DNA of 64,000 bases, from the NCBI RefSeq assembly GCF_009914755.1, contig NC_060931.1; one strand, given 5' to 3'. Below the pieces are notes generated by a model. The model made no database searches, had not been told where the DNA came from, and saw nothing but the letters and a program-made list of their open reading frames with translations. Position numbers and translations under genes: made by a program. Positions 41,562 through 54,684 of this stretch are shown here, piece after piece. Each line of letters starts with the position of its first letter. Position 1 is the first letter of the stretch. The stretch comes from the human T2T-CHM13v2.0 reference genome, Homo sapiens.

Positions 41562-42063
41562 TTTTATTTATTTATTTATTTTCCCACAGCATCTTATTTA
41601 TTTTCTTCAGATTCAGTTTTTCATGTGTGAATTTAATATAAAGATGAGGAGTCCATTTTGCAATCTAAAAACATTTACTTATTATAACTATATTAAAACT
41701 TAAATAAACTACAGAAAAAAAACGAGAGAAACATGTATTTATGGAACTGCATGTCAGTCAGGCCGGTTCCCTGCAGAGGGAATTCCCAGCATGACCTCAT
41801 TCATCTGTGAGGACACAGATAAGTCCCCGTTTAGACACATATTTTCATCTACTACTCCAGCATGGTCAGCCCTCCACTTCTTGATGGTTTCCTTCTGCTA
41901 TGAATGTGTATGTCCAGTTGTCTGCTTCTTAGAGTAGACATTTACCTTCCTTGTCCACAAGCCATGGGCAAATGACTGATTTGATCCATTCTTTGGGGAG
42001 GGTTTCCTGGTGTCCCTCTTCCATCATCATACCTGGAATCAGATGAGTTTCCATAGCTCCTTT
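41562..42063 (-). pseudogene. SELENOK: 5'-truncated processed pseudogene of selenoprotein K
   Basis: Minus strand 42061-41942 reads RSYGNSSDSRYDDGRGTPGNPPQRMDQISHLPMACGQGR*, against the SELENOK C-terminus RSYGNSSDSRYDDGRGPPGNPPRRMGRINHLRGPSPPPMAGGUGR* (recalled). It is intronless and followed by a 3'UTR, AATAAA (41602-41597) and an (AAAT)n tail (41582-41562). Confidence 0.93.
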
Positions 42064-42874
42064 GTTAAGCCTCTTTGAAAGTCATCTTAGGAAATAGTCA
42101 CCAGAGAATGCCCCCAATACAAAAAGAAAAATACAAAATTGATTGCAAAATGCAAATGGAATATTCAGCAAGCACTCAAGAAAATGGTATCTGGAATTCT
42201 TGGAACTATCAGCAAGTATTTATGATGTAATAATTCATGCAGTTGCATCCTTTCCAGATATGCACTCTCTGCCACATGTATGCATGTAATTTAGTATTAT
42301 ACATGCAATTTGAACAATTTATTTAGACCAACTTTTACACAATAATTCAATATTCATTGCCCTATTCTTTTTGAGTCTATGGTTTCAGACATGAGTTTTC
42401 TTAATTCCCAGAGGAAAGAATCATATGAAGATACAAAGTAGCTAAGAAACTACATTGTACTTTCATATTTATTATATTCTATAAATATCAGTAAGAGCAT
42501 GCCAAAATAAAACCATATAGAGAGAAGTTGGCAACAACAAGAAAAATTGCATATGTATCTGAGATTTGACTCAGAAGTTCCACTTCCTATTTTCATATTT
42601 TGCTCAGGAAAAAAATATAGGAGTATTCATGACAAGCCTATTCATATCCACACTAGTGTAAATGTAGATGAAAAAAGAAAAAAAGAAACCAAGAGTTGCT
42701 AATATAAACTATGGAACATGCACACAATAAAGTATGTAAAACTATAAATGGAATGAAAAAAATCTCTGTATATTGCCATGAAAGGATCTCCAGAATACAT
42801 TGCTAAGAGAAAATAACAAAGTAGAGGAAATTATATATACTTTTCTAGTGTTTATCAAGGAAGAGAGAGGGGAA

Positions 42875-43260
42875 TGATATGGTTTGGCTCTGTGTCCCCA
42901 ACCAAATCTCATGTTGAATTGCAGTTCCCAATATTGGGGGAGGGACCTGGTGGGAGGTGATTGGATCATGGGGGTGGATTTCCCCCTTGCTGTTCTCATG
43001 ATAGTGAGTGAGTTCTCACAAGATCTGGTTGTTTAAAAGTGTATAGCACTTCCCTCTTTGCTTTCTCTCTCTGCCTGGCTACCATAGGAAGATGTGCTTC
43101 CTTCCCCTTTACCCTTTCACCATGATTGTAAGTTTCCTGAGGCCTCCCAGCCATGCTTCCTGCACAGCCTGTAGAACTGTGAATCAATTAAACCTCTTTT
43201 CTTCATAAATTACTCAGTCTCAAGTAGTTCTTTAAGCCAGTGTGAGAACAGACTAGTACA
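42875..43260 (+). mobile_element. MSTA-type MaLR solo LTR
   Basis: tgatatggtttggctctgtgtcccc...gaacagactagtaca, with a perfect 5-bp TSD GGGAA. Confidence 0.93.
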
Positions 43261-44039
43261 GGGAAGAACTGATTTAAATATACAACAGAATGTATATGAT
43301 TTGTGTTTCTACACATGTATGCACACACATGTAAATACACACACTATACATATTTGTGTGGACATTTTTCTTATATTTCAAAGGGGAAAAACCATATATT
43401 TCCAAATATTTACTTATAAAAGGAGTAAGAGAAAATCAGGTGGAATGTGCTTGGAACAACACTTAGGTTTCTCTGAATATATCTTGTTTTGTACCATACA
43501 ACTTTAGAAACATGCAAATATTTTGCTTAATTATAAAATAAATTTCAATATATAAAAGGCAATTTTTACAAAAGCAAAATACAACAAATCAATTTGTGTA
43601 TTAATTTGATTGAATATTTCAGGTTAGTTTAAAATGCAACAATTTGACTTTACATCCCCAGTGGACTACTTTCTTTTATCCTCTAATAGAAAAAAAGAAA
43701 GCTACCAAAGAAAAACAAAAACTTTTCCTGTAGTTATATGTTTGGTAATGTTATTGGTACTTTGAGGCTATTGAGTTTGCACTGAGGGATAAATGCAAAA
43801 GAAAAAAATTAAACTAATATGTCATGAGAACTGGAAATTTTACTATGAGAGAAAAAAAGACATAGAAGTAGAAAAGTGCAGTTAAGTAAAACTCTGAAAT
43901 TAACATGGACATATCAGAATAGTCTCAAATGTAACTTAAGAAAAAAAAATGCTTTCCCTAGCTCTGTGCACTGAAAAGGCTAAGAAACAAGAATGAATCT
44001 TATAGTAAAACAGTAAGCTTACCTGTGCCCAGGTAATCA

Positions 44040-44680
44040 TTATCTTTCCTTTTTTGTTTGTTCGTTTGTTTTTTGCTGTGTAACAAATTGCTACAAATGA
44101 CACCACTTAAACTATCACAAATTTACTATCCCCAAATTTCCATGGGCCCAAAGTCTGGCATATTGTATTTAGATTACCTGCTCTTTTCATAAAGCTAAAA
44201 TGAAGGGGTCCCTGACTGCTTCTCATCTGGAGTCTCAGTAAGGTAAACATCTGCTGCTAAGCTCCATAGGTTGTTAGTAAAATTCAGTTCCTCGCATTCA
44301 TAGGACCCAGGCCTCTGCTCTCTTAATTGGCTATAGACTGGTGTAAGTCCCCAGGGAATGCTCTCAGACCCTTGCATGGGTGTGAGAATCTCTCTCACGT
44401 CGAATCTCCCTTATGTCAAATTCTTCTTATGCTTTGAATTTCTCTTTTGTCCACTTCTGCAACCAAATGGAGAAAACTCTTTGCGTGTAAAGGGCTTGCA
44501 TGATTAGGTTAGACACACCTGGACAATTTCACTATCTTAAGGTCAACTGCACCAGATAATAAAACCTAATCATCCAAGTAAAACATTGTCTTCACAGTCC
44601 TGGGGTTTATGCAGAGAGGGTACATGGGGTGGAAGGTGGGAGTGAATCTTGGAGAACATCTTAGAATCCTGTTTATCACA
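44040..44680 (-). mobile_element. MLT1E-type MaLR LTR
   Basis: ttgctgtgtaacaaatt...aattcagttcctcgca...ttaaggtcaactg...atcttagaatcctgtttatcaca. Confidence 0.82.
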
Positions 44681-44772
44681 GTCATTATGCCCATTTTCCA
44701 CCATAAATGAATATTGGAGAACATCTTAGAATCCTGTTTATTACAATCATTATGCTCATTTTCCACAATAAG
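44643..44772 (+). repeat. 65-bp tandem duplication (2 copies)
   Basis: 44643-44707 vs 44708-44772, 59/65 identical. Confidence 0.95.
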
Positions 44773-45004
44773 GTATGCTAAACAAATTGCTCACTCCAAG
44801 TCTATAAGAGTGAATGTACTGGATAAGTCTCTAATGTCTTATTAAATCAGAATCAAGAAAGCTTTCAAATTATACTAGTTATCGAAATTGAGGAATCAAC
44901 TTTAAAAAGCTCCTACTACCCAAAGATGAAGCAAACTGTGGATCTATAAGAATAAGTACAAACGGTTGAATCATACCAAATATACATGCAATGAGTTTGC
45001 CAAA

Positions 45005-45630
45005 TAGCAAAGTCAGAGGGAACAGTCCTCCACAGGACTGCCTTCACTCCAGAAACCAGCTGAAATTTCAGAGGTCAGCAGTTTCACACTTACTTCTGAC
45101 CAGCCAGCTACAAATCTGGGGGTTCTCATTACCACCCTCACATGTTGGAAAGACTGACAGAACTTACAAAATTGTTATCCTTATGATTACAGTTTCAGTC
45201 GAAGGATATAAATCAAAACCAGACAAATGGAGAGAAGCATAGATGAAGTCTGGGAGTGTTACAAACAAGAAGTTTCTGCCATCCTTAAGGTCTCAACCTC
45301 CCAGGATATCAGTGTGTGACAATAAGTAGAGTATTGTCAAATACGGAAGCTCGCCTCAGTTTTTCTTGGAGTTGAACCACATACTGCCCATGTGCCTTGC
45401 CTTTTTAATCTGCAACCCCTCTTGGAGGTTAATGTTAATATTGTTAGTCTCCAGAACATTGGTGTGTTTCAAATATCCCATCATCTTATATTGTTAGACT
45501 ACCTGGTGGTCAAAGACCCCAGCAAAAAAGACACTCCTCTCAGGCAGGAAATTTTAGGGGCTTGGAGATCAGCTCCCAGCAGCTGAAGGCAAAAACCAGA
45601 CTTCTCTTTCAGTAAATTCTTCACTAAACA
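45005..45630 (-). mobile_element. MER21-family LTR (partial)
   Basis: cacttacttctgaccagccagctacaaatctgggg...aaagacactcctctcaggcagga...aattcttcactaaaca. Confidence 0.8.
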
Positions 45631-48062
45631 ATATGATAATCCATTAATTCATAATAATGCTTAAAAATAATGGCACACATAATGGTCAAACTTGAAGGAT
45701 GTCGTGGAACCAATTCATGATTTTTTAAAATAATAAGTAATTGAAAAGAATTAAGCATGTTTTTTGCCTTTCCTATGTGACCTGTAACTCTGAGTAGCAA
45801 ATTGGTCTATGCTATCATATTAGTGTTACCTAATAAAGATAATATTATATTATCACCATTCCTAATGAATTGATTGATGAAGCCCATGATTTTCAGTGGC
45901 TTCTAACATCACAGAAAAAGAAAGAAGGAGACATTATATGTCTCTTGATGACAGTACACAGAAAGTGTGTACTTTCAAAGTACACTTTTCCAAAGTACAC
46001 TTGGAAATAAAATCTGACTATTAATTTACAGGAGATACATAGAGATGAAAATATTAAATAACACTAAAGAGATGCAATACTCCAAATTCAGAGTATAAAA
46101 GTGCAACAGAAAAAATCACCCGCTATTTAAAAAAAAGGAAATAAAAAAGAAAGACGGAATAGGAATCTATAGGTTAAAAAGAATTTAGAGACATATCATC
46201 AAGTACAAAGGAGACACATTAATTGTATTCTGACATAAATACTATAGAAAGTAATGAAACATTTATGACAACTTGATGGCTATTTGGTAATATTGAAGTA
46301 ATTATTGATATGCTTGTTTGGGGTGTGATAATGCTATTCTGATTTCATCTGGGGGAAATGAGAGTATCTTTTCAAATGCTTATTACAATACAGAAAAAAA
46401 GATGTAATGTCTGGAATTTGCTTTTATATAATGAAGGAAGAGTGGGCAGAGATATATCTGAAATGACATTGGGGAAGAGTTGATATTTGTGTCATAAGCT
46501 GTATGATGAGGTATTCATGTTCATTATACTGTTTTATATATTTTATCCTGCCTTTGAAATTTTTCATAATAAGAAATTTAAAATTTTGAAATTAAAAAAT
46601 GTATGTCAATTGATTGGAACTTATCCAAATTAGAGCCAATTGGTATAAAAGTAAACACTACAGAAATAGATTGGAAGAAGAATTCAACTCTATGACAGCA
46701 ATCAGGAGAAAATACCAAGAAATCTTATTCCTTTCTAGTTAGGCTAAACTAATTTATCTCTAACATAAATTTGCTTATTCTTGAATAAAATTAAGTGATT
46801 TCATTCAAACAATAGGTTATTGATTGCATTTTTCTAAACCTGCTCTAAATTTAGCAAAAACAATTTCTATTTACATACAGGTTTAATAATGAACCTTGTT
46901 ACTTATCAATAGGGTAGAATATTTTTCCTCTTTGAATTAATAAATTTGTGTTATAATCTTCAGTGCAAGTTATTGACTTCAGAGGTAGTTCAAATTGTTT
47001 TAAATATATATTAAATAGAAAAACTTTAGATATTTAGAAAAGCAGTACAGAGCATCTTCACATTTCCAAAATTTATGATGGGTTTTGAGTGTATGTATGT
47101 GGGTTATTTTTGAAGATTATAACATAATTATAAATAATATTTGTATTATTTGGAAATTTTATGTATCAATCTCCAGAATGGTAAAAAAAAACACAAAACA
47201 TTAATCTTTGCCAAATATAATAAATGTAATTAAAAACACATTTAGGTACTTTATTAACTCAGCTTCCAAAATGGTTACAGAAAACAGACGTTGTTTCAAT
47301 CTAACATGAAAGCATCATTTTGTCATGATTACAAATAATATTCTGCATAGGTCCCTATTATAGCTAAGCATAAGAGTTTTTATTTAAATTATTAAATTGT
47401 ATAGTTTTCTTTCTTTGATAAAAAAGACCACTGTTTTCAATTAGTATGTAGAAAGCTGGTAGAAAGATATTACCAATATTTGCCTTTCTGCAAGATGACC
47501 TTATATTGTAGTTGAGGGGTGGAAAGTAAGCAGAAAAATGCCCTAAGAGAATGCAGAGTTGGCCCTGAAAAAGGACTGCCATTCCTATAGGAAATGTGTC
47601 ACCTTAGGTGTGATTTCAAAGTAGGGGACACAGTAATTTCTCTTTCATTGAGACATAGAAACACAAAGAGTTTTTAAGACAGTACAGAAAAAATTTAAAG
47701 AAAGAAATATAAACTAGACACATTAGTACTTTTTTAAAACAAGTATGTTCCTGTAAGCATCAGTCTCTATTAATATGGCTCAATATATGCTTACTATTTA
47801 TATATATTTATTGTAGATCTTTCTGTTGGCAGATTGTTGAATCATTTTACATAAAGTTCTTAATTCGTCCTAATTAATATTTTTTAAAAAACAAGCAACT
47901 ATATCATACTAGACACTAATTTCTCAAAGATTCATAATATTTAACTGCTTATTAACTACCCTGATTTCAAAATTTTAGCATATTTAAGAATAATATTTTT
48001 CACAGAAGTATATTATTTCTTCATTGTGGTGATCTAGGTTTTATTGATCCTGAAGCATTTTG

Positions 48063-48064
<2 letters not shown>

Positions 48065-48130
<66 letters not shown>

Positions 48131-48152
48131 TAGACAGACAGATAGATAGATA
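48065..48152. repeat. Compound STR (GATA)9(GACA)7 GATA (GACA)2 (GATA)3
   Basis: Directly counted. Confidence 0.97.
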
Positions 48153-48232
48153 TTTGTGGGGAATACATACATTATATATATATGTGAGTAAATTAGTGAG
48201 GGCAAATTGGAGTCAAATTATAATTAAAAAAA

Positions 48233-49506
48233 TAGGAAGGCCTCAGGACACTTGCAATCATAGCAGAAGGCAAAGGGGAATTAAGGCACCTTCTTTACAA
48301 GGTGGTAGGAAGGAAAATGAACACAGGAGGAACTAATGAACACTTATAAAACAATCAGGTCTTGTGAGAACTCACTCACTATCACAAGAACAACATGGGG
48401 GAAACTGCCCCCATGATTCAATTACCTCCACTTGGTCTCTCCCTTGACATGTGGGGATTATGGGGATTATAATTCAAGATGAGACTTGGGTGGAGACACA
48501 AAGCCTAACCCTATCATTCTGCCCCTAGCCCCTCCCAAATCTCATGTCCCTTTCACATTTCAAAACAAATCATGCTTTCCCAAATGTCCCCCAAAGTCTT
48601 AATTCATTTCAGCATTAACACAAAAGTCCAAGTCCAAAGTCTCACCTGAGACAAGGCAAGCCCCTTCTACCTAGGAGCCTGTAGAATCAAAAGCAAGTTA
48701 GTTACTTCCAAAATACAATGGGAGTACAGACATTGTGTAAAATGTTCCTGTTCCAAATGGGAAAAATTAGCCAAAACAAAATTGCTACAGTCTCATGCAA
48801 GTCCAAAATCCTGCCAAAATACAGCAAGATTCACCTTTACTTCAGTTCCCAACAATTTCTCATCTCCCTCTGAGACCACCTCAGCCTGGACTTCATTGTC
48901 CACACCACTATCAGCATTTTGGTCAAAGCCATTCGAGAAGTCTCTAGGAAGTTCCAAGCTTTCCCATATCTTGCTGTCTTCTGATCCCTCCAAGTCTCTA
49001 GTAATTTCCAAACTTTCTCACATCTTCCTGTCTTCTGAGCCCTCCAAACTGTTCCAACCTCTGCTTATTACCCAGTTCCAAAGTCGCTTCCACATTTTGG
49101 GGTATCTTTATGGCAGTACCCCACTCTCTGCCATACAAATGTACTATGTTAGTCCATTCTCGCACTGCTATAAAGACATACCCAAGACTGGGTAATTTAT
49201 AAAGGAAAGAGGTTTAATTGAATCACAGTTCCTCATGGCTGGGAAGGCCTCATGAAACTTACAGTCATGGTGGAAGACAAAGAGGAAGCAATGCAGTAGG
49301 AAGGAGATGAACACAGGAGGACCTAGCAAACACTTATAAGACCATCAGATCTTGTGAGAAGTCATTCACTATCACAATAACAACATAGGGAAAACTGCCT
49401 CCATGATCCAATTACCTCCACTTGGTTTCTCCCTTGAGAAGTGGGGATTATGGAGGTTATAATTCACAATGAGATTTGGATAGGAACACAAAGCCTAACC
49501 AAATCA
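48233..49506 (-). mobile_element. THE1D-like two-LTR element with internal deletion
   Basis: 5' LTR 49145-49506, ~630-bp internal region 48517-49144, truncated 3' LTR 48233-48516. Confidence 0.9.
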
Positions 49507-49509
49507 GAC

Positions 49510-50050
49510 CTCAAGGACTTTTGTTCTCTTGAAGCACTGAAGTTGATTATACCCTGAACCAAATAAGTATAACAAAACTACAAATGAGTTCAATGTTACA
49601 TATAGTAAATATATCATTAAAATAGACTACAATCAGTGCCCAAAAAGCAAGAATCTAAGAATGTTATGGGAGTGCAGTTCAGGTGGAGCTTCCTGGAAGA
49701 AATAAATAACAGACCTCCACTTGATGATGAGCAGTTATTATCCTGTCAAATGTGTGTGTGCTGTGTGGAGATCTGGGGAACTGGAGATTCACTGAGATAC
49801 AGAGGTGGAGGTGGAAGGGAAAGAAAAGACAATGTGAAGGGTATATGCACAAAGGGCTCTGGATTCAGGGAATACCACTTGTAACTGTAGGGCTGAAACA
49901 TGAAGTTCAAGAGGGAAAGCATATCATGCCTTCACTGGAGGGGAAGAAAGTTGCTCTTCTAAGCTCATGATTTTACATCCCTTTAAGGCCATGAATAATT
50001 ACTGAGTGGCTTTAAGTAAGGGAATAATATAATTGGGACTACATTGTTTA
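49510..50050 (-). mobile_element. Degenerate L2
   Basis: gagcttcctggaagaa; tatatgcacaaaggg; gagtggctttaagtaagggaataatataatt. Confidence 0.55.
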
Positions 50051-50555
50051 TTTGTTAAAACCCAATGTAACTCCGTGGTGGTTTTTTTGTTTGTTTGTTT
50101 GTTTTTTCAAAGAATGTAATACGATTGTAAAAGTGAAAACAGGGCCACAGTATAATAATAGAATGTTTAGAGTTCTCAAGTCCTAGTAACGCACCCACAT
50201 TCAGTTTCAAATCCTGTGAAGTTTTAGCACTTTAACTCCACAAAATACACAGGGAGAGATTGGAAACTTAGGGAACAATAATCTTATATGCAGGGAACCC
50301 TGTGAAAACAATACCTGGGAAAAGAATAAATCACAAGAACAATCTTTTAACTGACAAATAACCAATACTGATCTTTTAAGAACTCTTCCTCCTTTTTATT
50401 TGAAATCTCTCTGAAATAGCCATTTGATGCCAAATTTTCCACCTGGAGACCATATCCACAGGTGATTCCTTGGATTTAGTTTAATCTAATCTTTTCACAA
50501 TGTGATATTTTCTATCTCTTTTCATACTGAAATTGCCTTTATGACAGTAAAATAA

Positions 50556-50909
<354 letters not shown>

Positions 50910-53639
50910 TGGCCAATCTTGCCTTTAACCTCCAAACTACCCTTGGTCATTTCTAGGCACAAGCCAAGCTAACTTTGGGATAAATTTAATTTATAGTTTA
51001 TAGTATGATAATAGCCCTTTCTAAAACTAAACCACCTTTGTAAAACTAATGAAAAGAGGGTGAGATGGGGCCAAATTCTTCTAAGATATAGGTGTAGTGA
51101 AATGATTACCAGCCATTATTCCAGAAGCCACAAGTTTTGCAACTTTCCTCGTTACTTCTGTAAATAGCATAACTATTGTAGAACCTAAGATTGGCCTTTT
51201 GAGATGTTCTTTCAGTTTTTTCTGTTGTTGTTGTTGTTGTTTTTGTTTTGTTTTCATTTCTGATGACCACATGGCTCCATCTGGACCAGCGAGTCCTCTG
51301 TGGTCCCCACCCAGGAGAGGACTCACACAGTAGGACTGTTTTCCATACCCTACGATTGTATCCCCAACCAATCAGCAGTACCCATTTACTAGCTCCCTGT
51401 CTGCCAAACTATCCTTAACAAACAATAGTCTTTGAATTTGGGGGGAGGCTGATGGGTAATAATAAAACCCCAGTCTCCCATTCAGCTGGCTCTACATATA
51501 TTAAACTCTTCTGTATTGTAATTCCTGTCTTGGTAAATTGACTCTACCTGGGAGGCAGGCAAAATGAACCCAGTGGGCGGTTACAATACTCTTTTCTTCA
51601 TATGCCATTGTGTAGACAAATATTTCTCCCTTATGTTATTATGAATAACAAAATTTACATGTGTTTCCATACACACACACCCCCACACACACACACAACA
51701 AATAAGTAAATTCACTTAATACTCTTCTATTTCTTTCTAGTTAGTGCCAAATTTCTCACAGCTATGCTGTATACATCTTAAGTCTCTTACAATCTGACTT
51801 TCACTCCCATTATTCATTAGAAGAAATGGTGAAAAAAAATTCAGGTGTAATCCTCCTTTATTTTCCTGTCACATAGGATGCTCATATTTGAAAACTTGAA
51901 ATCACCTATAACTTTAATATACCTCTCATTTAATTGATCACATATGGACTATTTCTTCAGAGCTACCCTCTTGTGATAAAATCTCATAGCTGTTATAAAG
52001 GCCTCCTCAAGGTCATCCCTTGTAATTTGCCTGGATGTCAGACAGGAACATTGGTAAGAATAGTTGATCCTTGGTGAGAATGGGGTTACCTAAGTGATTA
52101 CTTAAGAAAGGTGTGAGTGAAGACCTCTTCCCCTGGGCATTTTGGCCAGCGAAGGAGAATGGGACCAGAACTCCCAGGAATTAAATTGCTTTCTGGATAA
52201 GTGCCCATTGAAATTGTTTTTTTGAAAAATAATTGAATTTGATTATATGGCAATTCTCTGTAGAATACAAAGTGAGCAGTGTGGGTGTGTATGTATATAT
52301 ATATATATAATTTTTGTTCACATTAAACAACTTACTTCTCTTGCTCTTCCTTCTTCTGCTCTCAGTCACTCTTAGGGTTTAGTTTCTGAGGTCTCTAGAA
52401 GATGTTTATTTGTCTGTGAGGTCAATTAATTCCATTATTCCATTCGTGTTTTCTTATTCTTTAAAGATTTTCTTGGAGATTCAAGGTTTTGCAGCTATGA
52501 TGATAAGATTTCATAAAGCTTCCCAAACTGCCTGAATCAAGCACTGCAAATCATCCAAACTTCCCAAAAGAATTAAAAAATAGGAATGCAGAGAAAATTT
52601 GGAATGAAGGTATTTATGATAATTGATATCAGAATCAACATTCAATAATCTGCAATGCAATACTTTCTTATAACAGAAGAACAGAAGAACTGCTAGTACA
52701 TTTGTTATGGTTTAAGGCTAAATTAGGGACTTCTACACTGTCCCCCTTCCCTCTCCAAACATTACCAACCCAAATTTCTCAAGAGGAGATTAAACTTGCT
52801 ACTCCTATGTGTTCCAAAACTCAAGATGCTCTTAGCCTGATGCTGCTACTGATAATGACCTTTCTAAGTTTTTGGCTTCGAAGATTCAACAAAAATATAT
52901 GATCTCTGCCACATGGCTTGCTTTCTAAATCTTGCTGGGTTTTTTTAAGTTTCTTTTTTTTTTTTATTTAATTCTCAGAGACTTGTTTAACATCAACTGT
53001 GGTTGTTTTACCAGGAATTACACCCAAGTATCTTGATGAAAACCAGTAATGGGCACAAGTGAATACAGGAGATTATTTCTTAAATTATTCTTCACAGCCA
53101 TAGCTTGAAGGAGAAGGCAAATATGGTCAGAGGCCTTATTGCCCGGACCACCTAGTAGATGTATACCATTCTTTGCTTGTGTACTGCAGAGAGAGGGCAG
53201 CACACTGGTGTTGCCTTTGAACCATAGTAAGATAGCTTATTAGGGAAGAGATATCACTATACTTAACAAGTTCACTAACTCCTATTTGACAAAAATGATA
53301 GGGAAACATGCAGGAGTAGGGGAGAGGAGAGACAAACAGTCAACTACTTGCAGATGTTTCATACCCTGTGTCCTGTATTAGAATACCTATACAATTAGGT
53401 TAATGAAATTGCCATTTTTTTTGGTCAAAGTATATTGAATATTGGCACTTTCATGTGATTCAAACTCAAGTGATCACAGTTGGTTTCTGTCTGTAGGAAT
53501 GATGAACGAAATGTGAGGATGAGTAGGAAACTATCCAGAGAGACTCTAGCTGGCTAGGTGTGACCTAGTGCGCCCACTCACAGCCAAAGATTAATTCTGT
53601 ATTCTTAATAGGGACCAGAGAATGTTCTACTGGCTACAT

Positions 53640-54072
53640 TGTTATAACATTTAAAGATTATTTTGAAAGGCATAACTCTTTGTTACCTACAGCTCTTAAG
53701 AGAGAAGGCTGCCAGGCAGGGCCATACCCAAGAATAGGGTTGTTCCCAGAGATACAGAAGCAGCAAGCTGGAGCTGTAGGAGTGGCTTATGTAAAGCAAA
53801 TATAATTGGCTAGGTTTTGTGAGTGGAGATTGGCTGATTTGAAAAACATTCTGCACACCAAGGCATAAAACTGTCTCTAGATGTCTCATACCTGGCCACA
53901 GGATGATTAGGGCAGGTAGGTGTGTAGTGGCCCAAAATAGGAGAGTCAGAAAAGAAAAATGGCTGAGCATATATTTAATTAGCTGCTCAAGAAGGAAAAC
54001 TGATTGGTCCCTAGTCAGGACCTAAAAACTGGGTCAAAACAGCATTTTAAAAAAATCGAAACTCAATACTAT
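53640..54072 (-). mobile_element. MER73/MER74/MER54-group ERVL LTR (3' LTR of the adjacent provirus)
   Basis: ttaattagctgctcaagaaggaaaactgattgg...cctaaaaactgggtcaaaacagcattttaaaa. Confidence 0.75.
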
Positions 54073-54344
54073 CGATTGTTGTTTCGACCTCAGTTTTGAG
54101 CTTGATTATTTGGGGTATTTGAGCGGCCCTTATAGTAGAGGAGACTTTTAGAGGATCAGGCTTAACCTGTCTTAAACAGCATAGAAAACATGTTTATTTT
54201 GAGAGTAAAAAGGTGGAAAGCAAGTAGAGGAATAAAGCATTCTTGTAGGTCAGCCAGTAACCAAGTTTCCCATTTATATGGCCTTAGCCAAGGAAACAAG
54301 TCTGAAAATTTGGAGGTGTCTAACAATATATTGGTGGAGATTAA

Positions 54345-54684
<340 letters not shown>

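Larger units (their letters stand above)
42520..46598 (+). mobile_element. L1MC4-like 3' region interrupted by MSTA, MLT1E and MER21
   Basis: Colinear L1MC 3'UTR pieces (aaaggatctccagaatacattgctaag; ccctagctctgtgcactgaaaaggc; tttgaaatttttcataataag). Confidence 0.75.

Noticed and set aside
41929-42054. ATG-initiated 41-codon alternative frame (METHLIPGMMMEEG...) on the minus strand of the pseudogene
   Set aside because: Out-of-frame reading of SELENOK sequence, with no promoter or homology evidence.
44643-44772. Repeats as a CRISPR-like array
   Set aside because: Only two adjacent copies, no spacers, no cas genes, and a eukaryotic context.
48782-49195. 137-aa Ser-rich ORF
   Set aside because: It is an antisense reading of the THE1 internal region across a deletion junction, with a non-ATG start. 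Its internal peptide repeat reflects the 54-bp duplication.
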